A stretch of DNA of 64,000 bases, taken from NCBI GenBank assembly GCA_001661245.1, contig KV454012.1:588147-652146 (forward strand). The letters run 5' to 3'. Both the position numbers and the translations under genes were made by a program. This stretch comes from Pachysolen tannophilus NRRL Y-2460 (taxonomy: Eukaryota). Positions 35,090 through 47,792 of the stretch are shown piece after piece. Positions within the stretch are counted from its first letter, which is position 1. Each line of letters begins with the position of its first letter. The notes under the pieces were generated by a model that did not search any database, had not been told where the DNA came from, and worked only from the letters and a program-made list of their open reading frames with translations.

Positions 35090-35334
35090 NNNNNNNNNNN
35101 NNNNNNNNNNNNNNNNNNNNNNNNNNNNNNNNNNNNNNNNNNNNNNNNNNNNNNNNNNNNNNNNNNNNNNNNNNNNNNNNNNNNNNNNNNNNNNNNNNNN
35201 NNNNNNNNNNNNNNNNNNNNNNNNNNNNNNNNNNNNNNNNNNNNNNNNNNNNNNNNNNNNNNNNNNNNNNNNNNNNNNNNNNNNNNNNNNNNNNNNNNNN
35301 NNNNNNNNNNNNNNNNNNNNNNNNNNNNNNNNNN
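35090..35334. other. Assembly gap
   Basis: N-run between poly-A tracts. Confidence 0.99.
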
Positions 35335-36452
35335 AAAAAAAAAAAAAAAAAAAAAAATAAAAACTTTAGTGCACTACCTAATAAGCTCTAATGTCAAAAA
35401 AAAAAAAAATAAAAAAAAATTGATTGTATTGATTGTTTTATCATATATCATATATCCTTGTTGCAGGCAATAAGGAAAAACAAAAAGGAAAAAGAAAAGA
35501 AAAAAGCGGGACGGTTCCGTGCAATGGTAAAACTTGAACTTCCTAAAACAGTAATAATATAGAGCAAACTGGGGCGTTTTCTCACTTTCTCAATTTTTTT
35601 CTTTAACGGTTGAATAAGGTTCGGCAGTTAAATTTATGTTAGACTTAACTTCCTTACATTAAGAAATAATAGCTAAAAAAATAAAATAAGGTATATTTTT
35701 AATTTCGTCTCTGCGCGGAACGGTAAATACTGGAACAAAAAGTAGTGCGTCAATTTGCTATTGTTTTTTTGGCAAATTAGATCCGAGAGAATTGAGTTTA
35801 CATATATACACATAATACATATAAAGGATACATACATTTTTATATTATTAATAAAATAAGTATGCTTCAAACTTAGTAATGTTTAAACTACTATGATCAT
35901 TCCTCTCCTTTTTTAATCATTATCCTATGCTGTACATTATATTAATTTATTATGTATATTATTATTATTTATCGATATCGGAAACTACGGGGAAAATTTT
36001 TTTTTTTTTATTTTTTTAAAATTTTTTTTTTTTTAAAGGATTTCATTGGGCTTTTCATAGAAAGTTCCAGTACATCTTACCGAAAATAATAAAAAATGGA
36101 AGGAAAAAATTTAGGTGGGAAAAAAGAAAAAAAATACACTCAAACAAAAAGGAAATCGATTGAAAGTAAGCGCCTAAGAGTAAGAATAAGAATAAAGAAT
36201 AAGAGTGAAAGTGAGAGAGAAAAAAAAAAATCTCAGCTCATCATCACTTTTCTCAGAATTTTTTTGTTATTTTTTTTTTTAAATTTTTTTTTTCTCTTTT
36301 TGACACACGTCAGCTGTGTTCCTTGCTGGTGTTTGGGTATCTTTCGGCTACTTTGTAAAAAAAAAATACTGGAATTGAACACACTTTTTTAAATCTTAGA
36401 TTTTATTTATCTTTTTTGTAAAAAAAGATGATGTTTAATTATTGAAAATTAA

Positions 36453-36496
36453 AATAATAATAATAAAAATAATAATAAAAATAATAATAAAATTAA

Positions 36497-36527
<31 letters not shown>

Positions 36528-36531
36528 AATA
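36453..36531. repeat. Imperfect (AAT)n microsatellite
   Basis: AATAATAATAAAAAT... array. Confidence 0.85.
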
Positions 36532-37171
36532 TTAAAAGTTCTAGTTTTTTCTTTTTAAAATCATTTTCAATTCTTCTTTTCTTTGGAAATAGTTTAAACA
36601 GAAAAAGAGTTATTTAGAATACTATATTTCAAAATTTGAATATCATCCATAAGTAATAAATAACTTCAAGAAAAAAGACTAATGGGTTTTTAATTCTTTA
36701 TTCCTTCATTTTTTTTAAAAGAAAAACAACAAAGATTAATATAGCGCTGCCTACTATTCAAAAATTCAACTTTATTTAAAAGGAAAGTTGTTTGTCTTTA
36801 AATAAAGGAAAAAAAAAAATAAATAAAAAAAAAAAAAACTTTTTTCACAATATTATTAAAAAATAATATAGGAAAAAGGAACATTACATTGGGTAGTTGA
36901 AAAGTAGTAAAATAGGTTGGTTTTTTTTTATTTTTATTTTTTTTTAAATTAGAAAGGGATCATCACATTATCAAAAGTCAAAAAAATAGAAAGATTTATT
37001 AAGTTCATTGAGGTGGTAATAGGCTCCCAGGAGAGAGTGTGAGAGTGAGAGAGAAGAAAAAAAAAATTTTTCAAAAAAATAATAAATTACTTGCTATAAA
37101 TTTATAAACGAAGATAGTTGAAGATAATAAAGATTGGAGGTAGATTTTAGATATATTATACATTTAAGAAG

Positions 37172-38782
37172 ATGTCGAATAGTTTTAATAATGGATATAT
37201 TCCAGCTGAGCAGTTGTCGTCGTCGTCGTCATATGCCCAGACACAGACAGATTTCTACTCGCAGTCCCAGCAACAACAACAACAACAACAGCTGCAGCAG
37301 CATCTGCTGCTGCAAGCACAATTCTCTCAACCCCAAGTTAATCTGTACTTGAACTATTATAATACTGCCAATGCCAGTGCTAATACGAGTGCAAGTGGAA
37401 GTGGAAGCGGAACTGGCGGTGTGTATAGTGGAAATAGTAGTTACTCGAATCTTCCTCAACAGCAGCAGCAGCTGCTGCTGCAACAACTGCAACAACTGCA
37501 ACTTCAACCGCAAAACCAGATATGGATGGGAGATTTGGATCCATGGTGGGATGAAAGTACTATAAAGCAAATATGGGCATCTGTGGGAGAAACTGGCTTG
37601 ATACAAGTGAAATTGATTTATAATAAAAATTTGCATGCAAATCAAACGAGTAATAATGCTAATTCAGGGTATTGTTTCTTAACTTTTAATAGTTATCAAT
37701 CAGCTCTGGAACTGTTGCTTAAAAATGGAACTGTGATCCCTGGAACTTCAAAATTGTTTAAATTGAATTGGGCATCGGCAGGACAACAACAATCGCAGCA
37801 GTCACAACAATCCCAACAATCCCAACAACTGCATTTACAACATCAACAGCAATCTCCAGATTATTCGATATTTGTTGGAGATCTTGCACCAGATGTCAAT
37901 GATAAGATATTGTACGATTTTTTCCTGTCACAATACCCTTCATGTTCAAATGTCAAGATTATGATAGATCAATTAACAGGAAATTCAAGAGGTTATGGTT
38001 TCGTAAAATTTAATACAGAATTAGATCAAAATAAGGCATTATTGGAAATGCAAGGTGCAATTCTTCATGGAAGACCAATAAGAGTTTCTACAGCAACTAA
38101 AAATACTATAGTTGGAAATAATAGTAATAATAGTAATTCTGTTGGTGCTGGAAGAAATTTACAAAATTTAAATAATTTTTCTCAAAATCAACAAGTGCAA
38201 CAAAGTCTGTTACTGCAACAGCAGCAGCAACAACATTTGAAAACTAATGTTCCTCTGCAACAATTTAACCCACAGGTATCTCCATTCACCGACTCCAATA
38301 ATACTACTGTTTTCATTGGTGGTTTGAATGTTCCAATTTCAGCTGAAGAACTTAGATCTTATTTCAGTAAATTTGGTGATATTGTTTATGTCAAAGTTTT
38401 GGATGGTAAAAATTGTGGGTTTGTACAATACGTTCATAGAATTGATGCTGAAAAACTGATGATCGAAATGCAAGGCTTTCCAATTGGAGGTTCTCGTATG
38501 AGGCTAGCATGGGGTCAAAAGTATAGTCAACAACAACAGCAATTGCAACAGCAGAGGCAAGCATTGGCTACAAGTCTTGGTATAAATAGCACTTCAACTA
38601 CTGCTGGTGCTACCAATAATAACAATATTACTTATATGGGCCCTAATGTTTCCAATATAGGATTAAATCAAGGAGATGTCAAAAGTAACCCTTCAACTGG
38701 TTACAGCAACTCGGATTTAAATGATATGTATTTAGCGGCAAAAGAGTTCAAGTTGGATAGATTAAATCTTTTTAATAATTGA
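37172..38782 (+). CDS. NAM8: Three-RRM U1 snRNP-associated protein Nam8
   Basis: WMGDLDPWWDE..QIWASVGE, GYCF, LLKNG..KLNWA, SIFVGDLAPDV, NNTTVFIGGL, MQGFPI; Q-rich tracts; closer to Nam8 than to Ngr1. Confidence 0.88.
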   Translation: MSNSFNNGYIPAEQLSSSSSYAQTQTDFYSQSQQQQQQQQLQQHLLLQAQFSQPQVNLYLNYYNTANASANTSASGSGSGTGGVYSGNSSYSNLPQQQQQLLLQQLQQLQLQPQNQIWMGDLDPWWDESTIKQIWASVGETGLIQVKLIYNKNLHANQTSNNANSGYCFLTFNSYQSALELLLKNGTVIPGTSKLFKLNWASAGQQQSQQSQQSQQSQQLHLQHQQQSPDYSIFVGDLAPDVNDKILYDFFLSQYPSCSNVKIMIDQLTGNSRGYGFVKFNTELDQNKALLEMQGAILHGRPIRVSTATKNTIVGNNSNNSNSVGAGRNLQNLNNFSQNQQVQQSLLLQQQQQQHLKTNVPLQQFNPQVSPFTDSNNTTVFIGGLNVPISAEELRSYFSKFGDIVYVKVLDGKNCGFVQYVHRIDAEKLMIEMQGFPIGGSRMRLAWGQKYSQQQQQLQQQRQALATSLGINSTSTTAGATNNNNITYMGPNVSNIGLNQGDVKSNPSTGYSNSDLNDMYLAAKEFKLDRLNLFNN

Positions 38783-38878
38783 AAGGAAGAAGGAAAAATA
38801 AAATATAAAAAATAAAAAATAAAAAAAAAAAAAAAAAAAGAAAAAAGAAAGAATTTTTTTTTTTTTTTTAAATTTCTT

Positions 38879-39287
38879 NNNNNNNNNNNNNNNNNNNNNN
38901 NNNNNNNNNNNNNNNNNNNNNNNNNNNNNNNNNNNNNNNNNNNNNNNNNNNNNNNNNNNNNNNNNNNNNNNNNNNNNNNNNNNNNNNNNNNNNNNNNNNN
39001 NNNNNNNNNNNNNNNNNNNNNNNNNNNNNNNNNNNNNNNNNNNNNNNNNNNNNNNNNNNNNNNNNNNNNNNNNNNNNNNNNNNNNNNNNNNNNNNNNNNN
39101 NNNNNNNNNNNNNNNNNNNNNNNNNNNNNNNNNNNNNNNNNNNNNNNNNNNNNNNNNNNNNNNNNNNNNNNNNNNNNNNNNNNNNNNNNNNNNNNNNNNN
39201 NNNNNNNNNNNNNNNNNNNNNNNNNNNNNNNNNNNNNNNNNNNNNNNNNNNNNNNNNNNNNNNNNNNNNNNNNNNNNNNNNNNNNNN
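38879..39287. other. Assembly gap whose flanks overlap
   Basis: N-run with AAAAAGAAAGAATTT..TAAATTTC on both sides. Confidence 0.97.
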
Positions 39288-40352
39288 AAAAAAGAAAGAA
39301 TTTTTTTTTTTTTTTTAAATTTCATTTTCATTTTTCATTTACGGTTAACCAGCTTTTAACAGCTTCAGTTTTGTTGTTCTTATTTATAAATAACGTCATT
39401 TTACGATAATGAAATTCAGCTTTATTGATTTGATATGCTCTTTTATTCATCATTATTTTTTTCTATTTTTTTTTTTTTTTTTTTTTTATTATTATTATTA
39501 TATTATTTCAAATCACTTTTTTTGCTTTTACAGTTTATTGCACATTTTTGAATCAGTTTGTTTCAATGTTTTTTTTTTTTTTTTTTAATTAGAAAGAGCT
39601 GTTTTTTTTTTTAGTACTATAGTTTTTTTTTTATCTTCAGATTATTTATGCGTGTTAAAAAGTTTGATTTTGTTACTATTCATTGACATGTTTTATTTTA
39701 ACCCCAATATTCCATTTTTTTTAAAAAAAAGAAAAAAAAAAGCTGAAAATCGAAAAAAAAAAAAAATTAGTTTTAGAAATGATTAAAAAAGAAAAAGGTG
39801 ATGATGGATGATAAATTTATTTAAAAATATTCTCTTTTCATTACCTTTAAATCATTTCAATTCTAACCTAGAAAAACTAATATTCATTAATAAATTATAT
39901 TCATTTTGAGGCTCTTTTTTTTATATAAAAGCAAAAAATAAAAAACAGTTTATATATTTTTATTTTATTTTATTTTATTTTATTTAGCATTTATCTGTGA
40001 TCATATTTTTATTTTTTTTATTTTTTTTTTTCATACATGCGCATATATACATAACATATTCACATATATTTTATGATTTTATTGTTTTTAACAGTTTTTT
40101 ATTATTGAAATCATAAAAGAATTTTTTGTTAATTGTTTGAATTTATATCGATGTTATTAATTGCTACGAATTTTTTATCAATATCTTTTACTTTGCAGCA
40201 TTTGTTTTTCTAAATTTTCTTTTTTTTTTTTCTTTACAAACAAAAAAAAAAAAAAAATTGGGTAGAATTTAATAATTTGAATTCATTAAAAATAAATAGA
40301 ATAAATAAATAAATAAGGATAAATAAATAAATAAATAAATAAGATTAATTTT

Positions 40353-40850
40353 TTAATCTGCCTTGTCAATTCTAGCAGCATATAAATGAGCATCTTCATC
40401 AGTTCTAGAACCTAAATCTTTTGCCAAACCACCATGCGGATAAGTTCTTGGATAAACAGGTCTATCTGGATAAAAATTACCAAAATAAATTATACCTGAG
40501 CCAGCACCAATCACTGCGAATAAAGTTAAAAACCATCTTATCCCAACACGATCACTGATAAAATCAAAATAATCTGGTGACCACATATCCAACAGGTCCA
40601 GATTCGGATGCAACGGCTCGTTAAAGTTTCTCCTATTCTGCTGATCATCATACTTCAAATATGGATCTCTTTTCTGATAATTTATCAGTTTAATCTTTGG
40701 ATAATCAACATAATGATACTCTTTCGGAACAAAATTTGGAATACTTGAGTTAAACCTCAAATTCTTGAAATTTCCAAAAAAATTAATTTTAAAATTTTTA
40801 AAATTTTTAAAATCCTTAGAGTTCAAAACTCTACTTCTCAATATAGACAT
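40353..40850 (-). CDS. Complex I accessory subunit NDUFB8/ASHI (NIAM)
   Basis: Presequence-like N-terminus, DYP..YQKRDPYLKYDDQQNRRNFNEP, one TM, YPRTYPHGGLAKDLG. Confidence 0.88.
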   Translation of the reverse strand: MSILRSRVLNSKDFKNFKNFKINFFGNFKNLRFNSSIPNFVPKEYHYVDYPKIKLINYQKRDPYLKYDDQQNRRNFNEPLHPNLDLLDMWSPDYFDFISDRVGIRWFLTLFAVIGAGSGIIYFGNFYPDRPVYPRTYPHGGLAKDLGSRTDEDAHLYAARIDKAD

Positions 40851-40859
40851 GATAAATAT

Positions 40860-40913
40860 TCCTCAATTGATTAAATCCTCAATTGATTGAATCCTCAATT
40901 GATTGAATCCTCA
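40860..40913. repeat. 16-bp tandem repeat, about 3.4 copies
   Basis: TCCTCAATTGATT(A/G)AA repeated directly upstream of the NDUFB8 ATG. Confidence 0.9.
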
Positions 40914-41276
40914 AAATTAATATTAAATATATATATATATATATATATATAAATTAGTTTCTTATTCTTGATCTTCTACTTCTTTTACTTCTTCTGCTTG
41001 TTCTTCCTTGTACACTCTTGCTGGCACGCTAAAACAATCTGCCATTTTGGTTTTGCTCCCAATTTTTTTTTTTTTTTTTTTATTTTTCATTAAAATTCTC
41101 TGTTTAACGGCGGTTTTTTTCCCCCAAATTGGATTTGTTTCCTGTTGCTGTGTTTTGTTTAACTAAAAAGAAAGCCTTTATTTAAACAAGTAAATATTTA
41201 TATATATGAATATATATATAAATATAAATATAATTATAATTAATTATATATTCGAAAAGAATACGGCGGTTAAGTC

Positions 41277-44200
41277 ATGGTTGATATAAGCGCTGTCGGT
41301 GGCCATGGACTGGCCACTTCTGCTGGACGCAGGCGTGCAAGTGGTCGATTCAAACATGCTGATGGTGATTATAATCGGAATGATAATAAAAGTGATAATG
41401 GAGGTGATAATAACGGGTTTGGCGCCGATACCTGTACGGCGGTAGAAGATATTGATGTTGATGGTAGTTTGCTGAATGGCGCTGGAGTAGGGGGCGCTAG
41501 AGCAGGTGCTGGATTAAACGCTGATAGGAATGGGAAAAGAAGAAGGACAAATGGGAGAGCTACAACGTTAAATGTAAATTATGATATAAGGAGACATTAT
41601 AAAAAAATAAAAATTCACAAGTTTTAAAGAATGATAATGATTTAGATACAGATATATTTGCCACTGATTTAAAAAATAATGATCTTGTGCGAGAACCGTT
41701 GGAATCAATTTCTAAAATAGAGAAAGAAAAACAATATAAAGAAAATTTAGCTCGAATAATAATAGATAATGAAATCAAAATTGATGAATTATTTCAATTG
41801 ATGAATTATACATCGTTAATATATTACAATCCAAAAAATCCAAAGATAAATAAGGATAGTGAAATTTACAAATCTTTTGTTGAAAATTTTAATATTTGGG
41901 GAAATCTTGATTTTTTAAATAAGGAAAATAATAGTAATAATCAAAAAAGAAGAAATTCAAGAAGAGTTGCAGCTGTACAAAATCCTTTACAAAAAAATAT
42001 TGAAGATTTAGTATCACTTTTGAAAAATGGAAACGGTAATGATGATATAGTACAAGAAGTTAAAAAGGATAAAAAAGAACAATCACAAATTCATAATCAT
42101 AATCATATTAATAATAATAATAATAATAATAAACAAGTGATACCCAAGAAAAAAGAAACTCATTCACCAATAAAACAGAAAAGAAAAATTAATAATAAAA
42201 AAATTAAAGAAGAAGAGAAAGTTAATGAAGTAAATGAAATAAATGAATCTAGTCGCGAAGAAGATTTATCAGAAAGTGAAAGTGACATCCTGGAACTGGA
42301 ATTAGAACCAATAAATATTAAAAGAATCAAGTTTACTGTACATGAACCAAGAGGAATAGTTACACACCCATCACACGTTACTAACCCAAAGTTTGGAAAT
42401 TTATCTATTTTTTTAAATTCTTTTAAATCTTTAGACGATGATTTAAATAATGATGAATATCAAGATTATTTAAATAATCAAATTAAACTTGTTGGTAAAA
42501 TAAAAAAAGGTATTGAAAGTAAAACCTTAAAATTGGATTTTAATGAAAATGTTGATAAAGTTCATTGGAATCAAAAAGAAGAACCAACAATGATCAAATT
42601 AAATACTAAAATATCAAAGTTTAAAGATCCATTTAGACAAAATTCAGTTCCAACACATTATGATCATTTATTAGCTCAAGGAATTCATTCTTCAAAATTG
42701 ATTCATGATTCAAGAATGTCAAAATTACAAAAAACTCGTAAGATCTCAGCCATGGTTGAACAATATTTTAAAAGAAAATCAACATCAAAGGAAAAAGAAG
42801 AAAAAGAATTCAAATTAAAAATTTTAAGAATTGCCAAAGAATGTGCAAAGATGGTTAAGAGAAGATGGCAACAAGCAGAAAAAGCATGGAGAATTTTGGA
42901 AGAACGTAAAAGAGAACAACAAAGGATATTGAAAAGTAGACAACACTTGTCTGAAATGTTGGAACATTCAACTCAGTTGTTAGAACAACAAATGACCAAT
43001 AACGCTGCTTCAAATTCGACAACAAGGGCTACTACTCCTGGTAATTATACTGATTCTATAAATGAAGAAGGTTCTAACTCTGCAGTATCTGAAAGTGATG
43101 ATTCCCTGTCTGATGATGATAATAGTGACAACGATAGTACCAGTAGTAGCGAAGATGAATCTTCGGAATTGGATGAAGAAGATGATAGTAAATTGACAGC
43201 TAAAGAATTAAAAGCTAAATACAAAGATTTAAATGATTTCACTATTGAAGATGAATCGAAAAAACTGGATCTCGAAGCAAGTTCTGATTATGAGATGGAA
43301 GATGATGATAACAGTGAACCATCGGGACTTGCTGCTTTGTATGATAATGGTAATAACAATAACATCACTGTTGATGAGGAACAAGACAAAGAATTATTAG
43401 CTGAGAAAATTAAGAGATTCACCGATATCACAGAGGAAGAAAAGATGGCACTAAGAAATCAGGAAGGCTATAATTCGCTATTAGATAGTGATACATCATT
43501 ATCCGACTCTGATGATGAAAGTATGCTTGACAGTGAAGAGGAAATTGAGGAAACTGAAGATGAATCATCAAATGAAGAAGAAATGAAAGATGAAGTTGAT
43601 ACCAAGAAGGAACCAACTCTAGCTTCTTTATTTGATGGTGGTGCAACTCTTGAAGATAGTGATGATGATTCAGTTAAAAGTAATGATGAAAATATTAGGC
43701 AGCATGAAACACCAATTTCCACCCCAGATGAGGAAGAAGGAGGAGAAGCTGAAGGAAGTAGTGCAAAATCAGGCGATACTTCTACAGCCTCTCCATTGAT
43801 AAGCAAAGTGTCAGATGCTGTTACAAATGATCAGGTTAATTCCGTTGCTGATGTTCCTATTCCATCACTTTTGCGTGGAAATTTAAGAATATATCAAAAG
43901 CAAGGTTTGAACTGGTTAGCTAGCTTGTATAACAACAATACAAATGGTATTTTAGCAGATGAAATGGGTTTAGGTAAGACTATCCAAACTATCTCTCTAA
44001 TTGCATATTTAGCATGTGAAAAACACATTTGGGGTCCACATTTAATTATTGTGCCAACATCTGTTATGTTGAATTGGGAAATGGAATTTAAAAGATTTGC
44101 TCCTGGATTTAAAGTTATGACCTATTACGGTAATCCGCAGCAGCGGAAAGAGAAAAGAAAGGGTTGGAATAAGCCTGACTCTTTTCATGTATGCATAACT

Positions 44201-46399
44201 TCATATCAATTGGTTATACAAGATCATCAAGCTTTTAGAAGGAAAAAATGGAGATATATGATTTTGGATGAGGCACATAATATTAAAAACTTTAGATCTC
44301 AAAGATGGCAAGCATTATTAAATTTTAATACTGAGAATAGATTGTTATTAACTGGTACTCCTTTACAAAATAATATTATGGAATTATGGTCTTTGTTATA
44401 TTTTTTAATGCCTTCATCGAAAGCTTCTCAGTCAATGCCTGCCGGTTTTGCAAATTTACAAGATTTCCAACAATGGTTTGGCAGACCTGTTGATAAAATA
44501 ATTGAAGCAGGAGGTGATACTTCAGCAGATGCTGATGACGAAACTAAAAAGACTGTGGCCAAGTTACATCAAGTTTTAAGGCCATATTTACTTAGAAGGT
44601 TAAAGGCAGATGTGGAGAAACAAATGCCAGCAAAATACGAGCATATTATTTATTGTCGTTTATCTAAAAGACAACGATATTTATATGATGATTTCATGTC
44701 GAGGGCTCAAACAAAGGAAACTTTGGCATCTGGTAATTTTCTTTCAATCATTAATTGTTTAATGCAATTGAGAAAAGTTTGTAATCACCCTGATTTGTTT
44801 GAAGTCAGACCTATTGTTACATCATTGGCGATTAGAAAATCTGTTGTTTCAGATTTTGATATGAAGGAGTTGGTTGTTAGGAGAAATTTGCGAGAAAATG
44901 ATGATACTAAAGTTGATCTATCAGTCGTTAATTTGATACCAACAATTAATGAATCAATTTCTACTTGGAATGCAACATCAAGTTCATCTTTGAATGCTAA
45001 TAAATATTTAAAACAAGATTGCCTGAAATTGGAAGATGTTCTTAACAAAACAGAAGTCCAAGAAGATTATACACATTTGAACTCATATTACCAATTTTTG
45101 AAGTATAAAGAGCAGCGTGAAGCCTTAGATCATAGCGAGCAATTACTTTATTTGAACAATTTGAGATGTGAAAGAAATCCAATATATGGTTCAAATTTGA
45201 TTAATATGTTGTCTATAACAGAAATAAATGGTCCTTCAAATGAGAAAACTTCAAAAGCATATCAAGATATTGTTAAGCCATTGAATACCAGAATCTCAAT
45301 GATGTACAACACGATTGAGAAGTACGCTTTTGTTACACCTGCTGTTGTAGCTTTAAATATGAAGAATTATGTTTTACCAAACGAAAGTTTGAGAGCTGAA
45401 ATGATGAATACAAATAGCGGAATTGAAAATCCATTTCATCATTCTCAAGTTAAATTGACAATTGCCTTCCCAGACAAGAGTTTATTACAATATGACTGTG
45501 GTAAATTACAGAAATTGGCATCTTTACTTCTTGAATTGAAACTGAATGGTCATAGAGCTTTGATTTTTACTCAAATGACTAAAGTATTGGATATTTTGGA
45601 ATTGTTTTTAAATTACCATGGTTATAGATATATGAGATTAGATGGTGCTACTAAGATTGAAGACCGTCAAATTTTAACCGAAAGGTTTAATACAGATCCT
45701 AGAATAACTTGTTTCATATTGTCGACTAGATCTGGTGGTCTTGGTATCAATTTAACGGGTGCAGATACTGTTATCTTTTATGATTCTGATTGGAATCCAG
45801 CTATGGATAAACAATGTCAAGATAGATGTCATAGGATTGGTCAAACAAGAGATGTTCATATTTACAGATTTGTTTCCCAATATACAATAGAATCAAACAT
45901 TTTGAAGAAGGCAAATCAAAAGAGACAATTAGATAATGTTGTTATTCAAGAAGGTGATTTTACAACAGATTATTTTGGAAAACTTTCTGTCAAAGATTTA
46001 ATTGGTGAAGAAGTTCCTATAGAAGGAGACAATACAATAGCTAAACCATTGATTCCTGTTGCAGATACAGATAATAAAGATTTTACATCTGTGTTGGCTC
46101 AAGCAGAAGATGAGGATGACGCAGCTGCTGCAAATGCTGCCATTAAGGAAGTTGAAGTGGATGATGCAGATTTTGAAGAAAGTGGTATGAAGTCAAATGG
46201 AGAAAATACTCCAGGAAATGATACAAGTAATTCTATTACTAGAAAGCCCACTACACCACTTCCTGGTGATAATAGAAAAGAACAACCAGAAAATATTAAA
46301 GAAGAAGAATATGGCGAGGAGATGTCGGACGACGATGACGTTGGTCACATTGATGAATATATGATCAGGTTTATTGATCAGGGCTACTATTGGGAATAA
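41277..46399 (+). CDS. SWR1: Swr1 Snf2-family ATPase, with an apparent 1-nt frameshift at the A7 run 41601-41607
   Basis: HSA-like region, GILADEMGLGKT, DEAHNIKNF, split-ATPase insert, QYDCGKLQ, DWNPAMDKQCQDRCHRIGQ; one extra A joins ORF 41277-41627 to the main frame. Confidence 0.93.
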
Positions 46400-46906
46400 A
46401 AAAAGTTAATAAAAGAGAAGGTAAATAGAATGCTTATTTTTGAAAAAAAAACAATTGTACAATTAATTTATGTTATATTATTAATACTATATTATTCTGT
46501 AGTTGCTAGAAATTTCCTTTTTCTCCATATTACGTCAGATAGACACACACATACCTTCTTCTTACTGTTTCGACAATGTTAATGGAGAAACGAGGAATGC
46601 CATTCCTTATCCATGTCATGATTTCGTCACCACAATCCATTTATTGCTATGTTCCACACCCACTTCTAACTTATAATAATATAATGAATCTTTAATTTAT
46701 CATTTTAATTTGTAATTACTATTAAGCTGTATTTTCTACATCATATAATTAACTAAAGATGGTTAAAAAAAAAAATAAAAACACATTTTATTTAAACATT
46801 ATTCTTTTAAATAACAAAAATATGATGATAATCAAATCAAATCAAATCAAACCAAGATAAGACAAATTGCACAGAAATAGCAATGTCTCAAAAATAATCT
46901 TTCTAT

Positions 46907-47242
46907 TTATGTTGCTGGTCCAAAAGAATCATTTGTTGAAGTATACCTCTTGGTAGCCACATTCAGTGAAGCCCGAACTGAACCTTCTTTCACAATTTTC
47001 ACAATTGCTTCATCAACGTTACTTGAACCAAATTCATTTGATAATTGTGATTTAGAAGCCTCATCTAACTTTCCTTCCGAACCTCTTGAAGAAGAAGTTG
47101 TAAAAACTTTATAAATCGAAACAACATCGACTAATGGAATTGAACTATCTTTCTTAAATTTTTGAAGAGCATCTTCTGATTCAACAAAGACTATAAAATC
47201 AGTATGTTCTCCAGTGAAAAAAACTTTAACTGGTCCGCTCAT
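46907..47242 (-). CDS. RTC3: Rtc3, SBDS N-terminal-like protein
   Basis: FFTGEHTDFIVF, IPLVDVVS, RGSEG.L.EASK...NEFG. Confidence 0.88.
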   Translation of the reverse strand: MSGPVKVFFTGEHTDFIVFVESEDALQKFKKDSSIPLVDVVSIYKVFTTSSSRGSEGKLDEASKSQLSNEFGSSNVDEAIVKIVKEGSVRASLNVATKRYTSTNDSFGPAT

Positions 47243-47792
47243 TATATCTTTCTTTTATTCAACCACTTGATCTAATTCCTTATTAAAAAAAGTAAAAAAG
47301 AAAACACACACACACAATATAATAATTATATGTCTTTAAATAATTTTACTAATTTATAAAGAATAATGTTCATAAATGCTATTTATAAAGTTTCCAATAT
47401 TTCCACCCCCACTAAACGAGTTGTCGATCGAGTACATACCATATAGTAATGCCCAACTAGTAATAATACTCTATAGCGTGATAAAATACTACTTTGTGTG
47501 TGCTATGTGTCTGTGTGCCTGTCTGCCTTATGCACCCGCAAGTATAATCGTAACTGATGCAGACACGTCACACAGGCGACGATGAGATGCCGATATTGCT
47601 AACTAACTAAAGAAGTGACACGGGTCTGAGGTGCAAATGTCACAAGCGGACAAGAAATTAGGGCTAGAAGATAATCGAAGGTTCAAGAAAAGATTAACAA
47701 GAGAAAGAAGAAGAATAAAATGGGGTTTAACTTTAAAAAGAAAAAATGTAGTTTTAAATATCATTTAAATAATGAATTTGTTTTCTTCTTAT

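Noticed and set aside
38840..39325. Direct repeat of ~35 bp flanking an N-run, resembling an insertion with target duplication
   Set aside because: Typical unmerged contig overlap at a homopolymer
35056..39331. ORFs 35056-35391, 36096-36392 and 38762-39331
   Set aside because: Products of N-gaps or poly-A/T low-complexity sequence
46520..46670. Possible snoRNA between SWR1 and RTC3
   Set aside because: No convincing C/D or H/ACA box pair and no rRNA-complementary guide recognised
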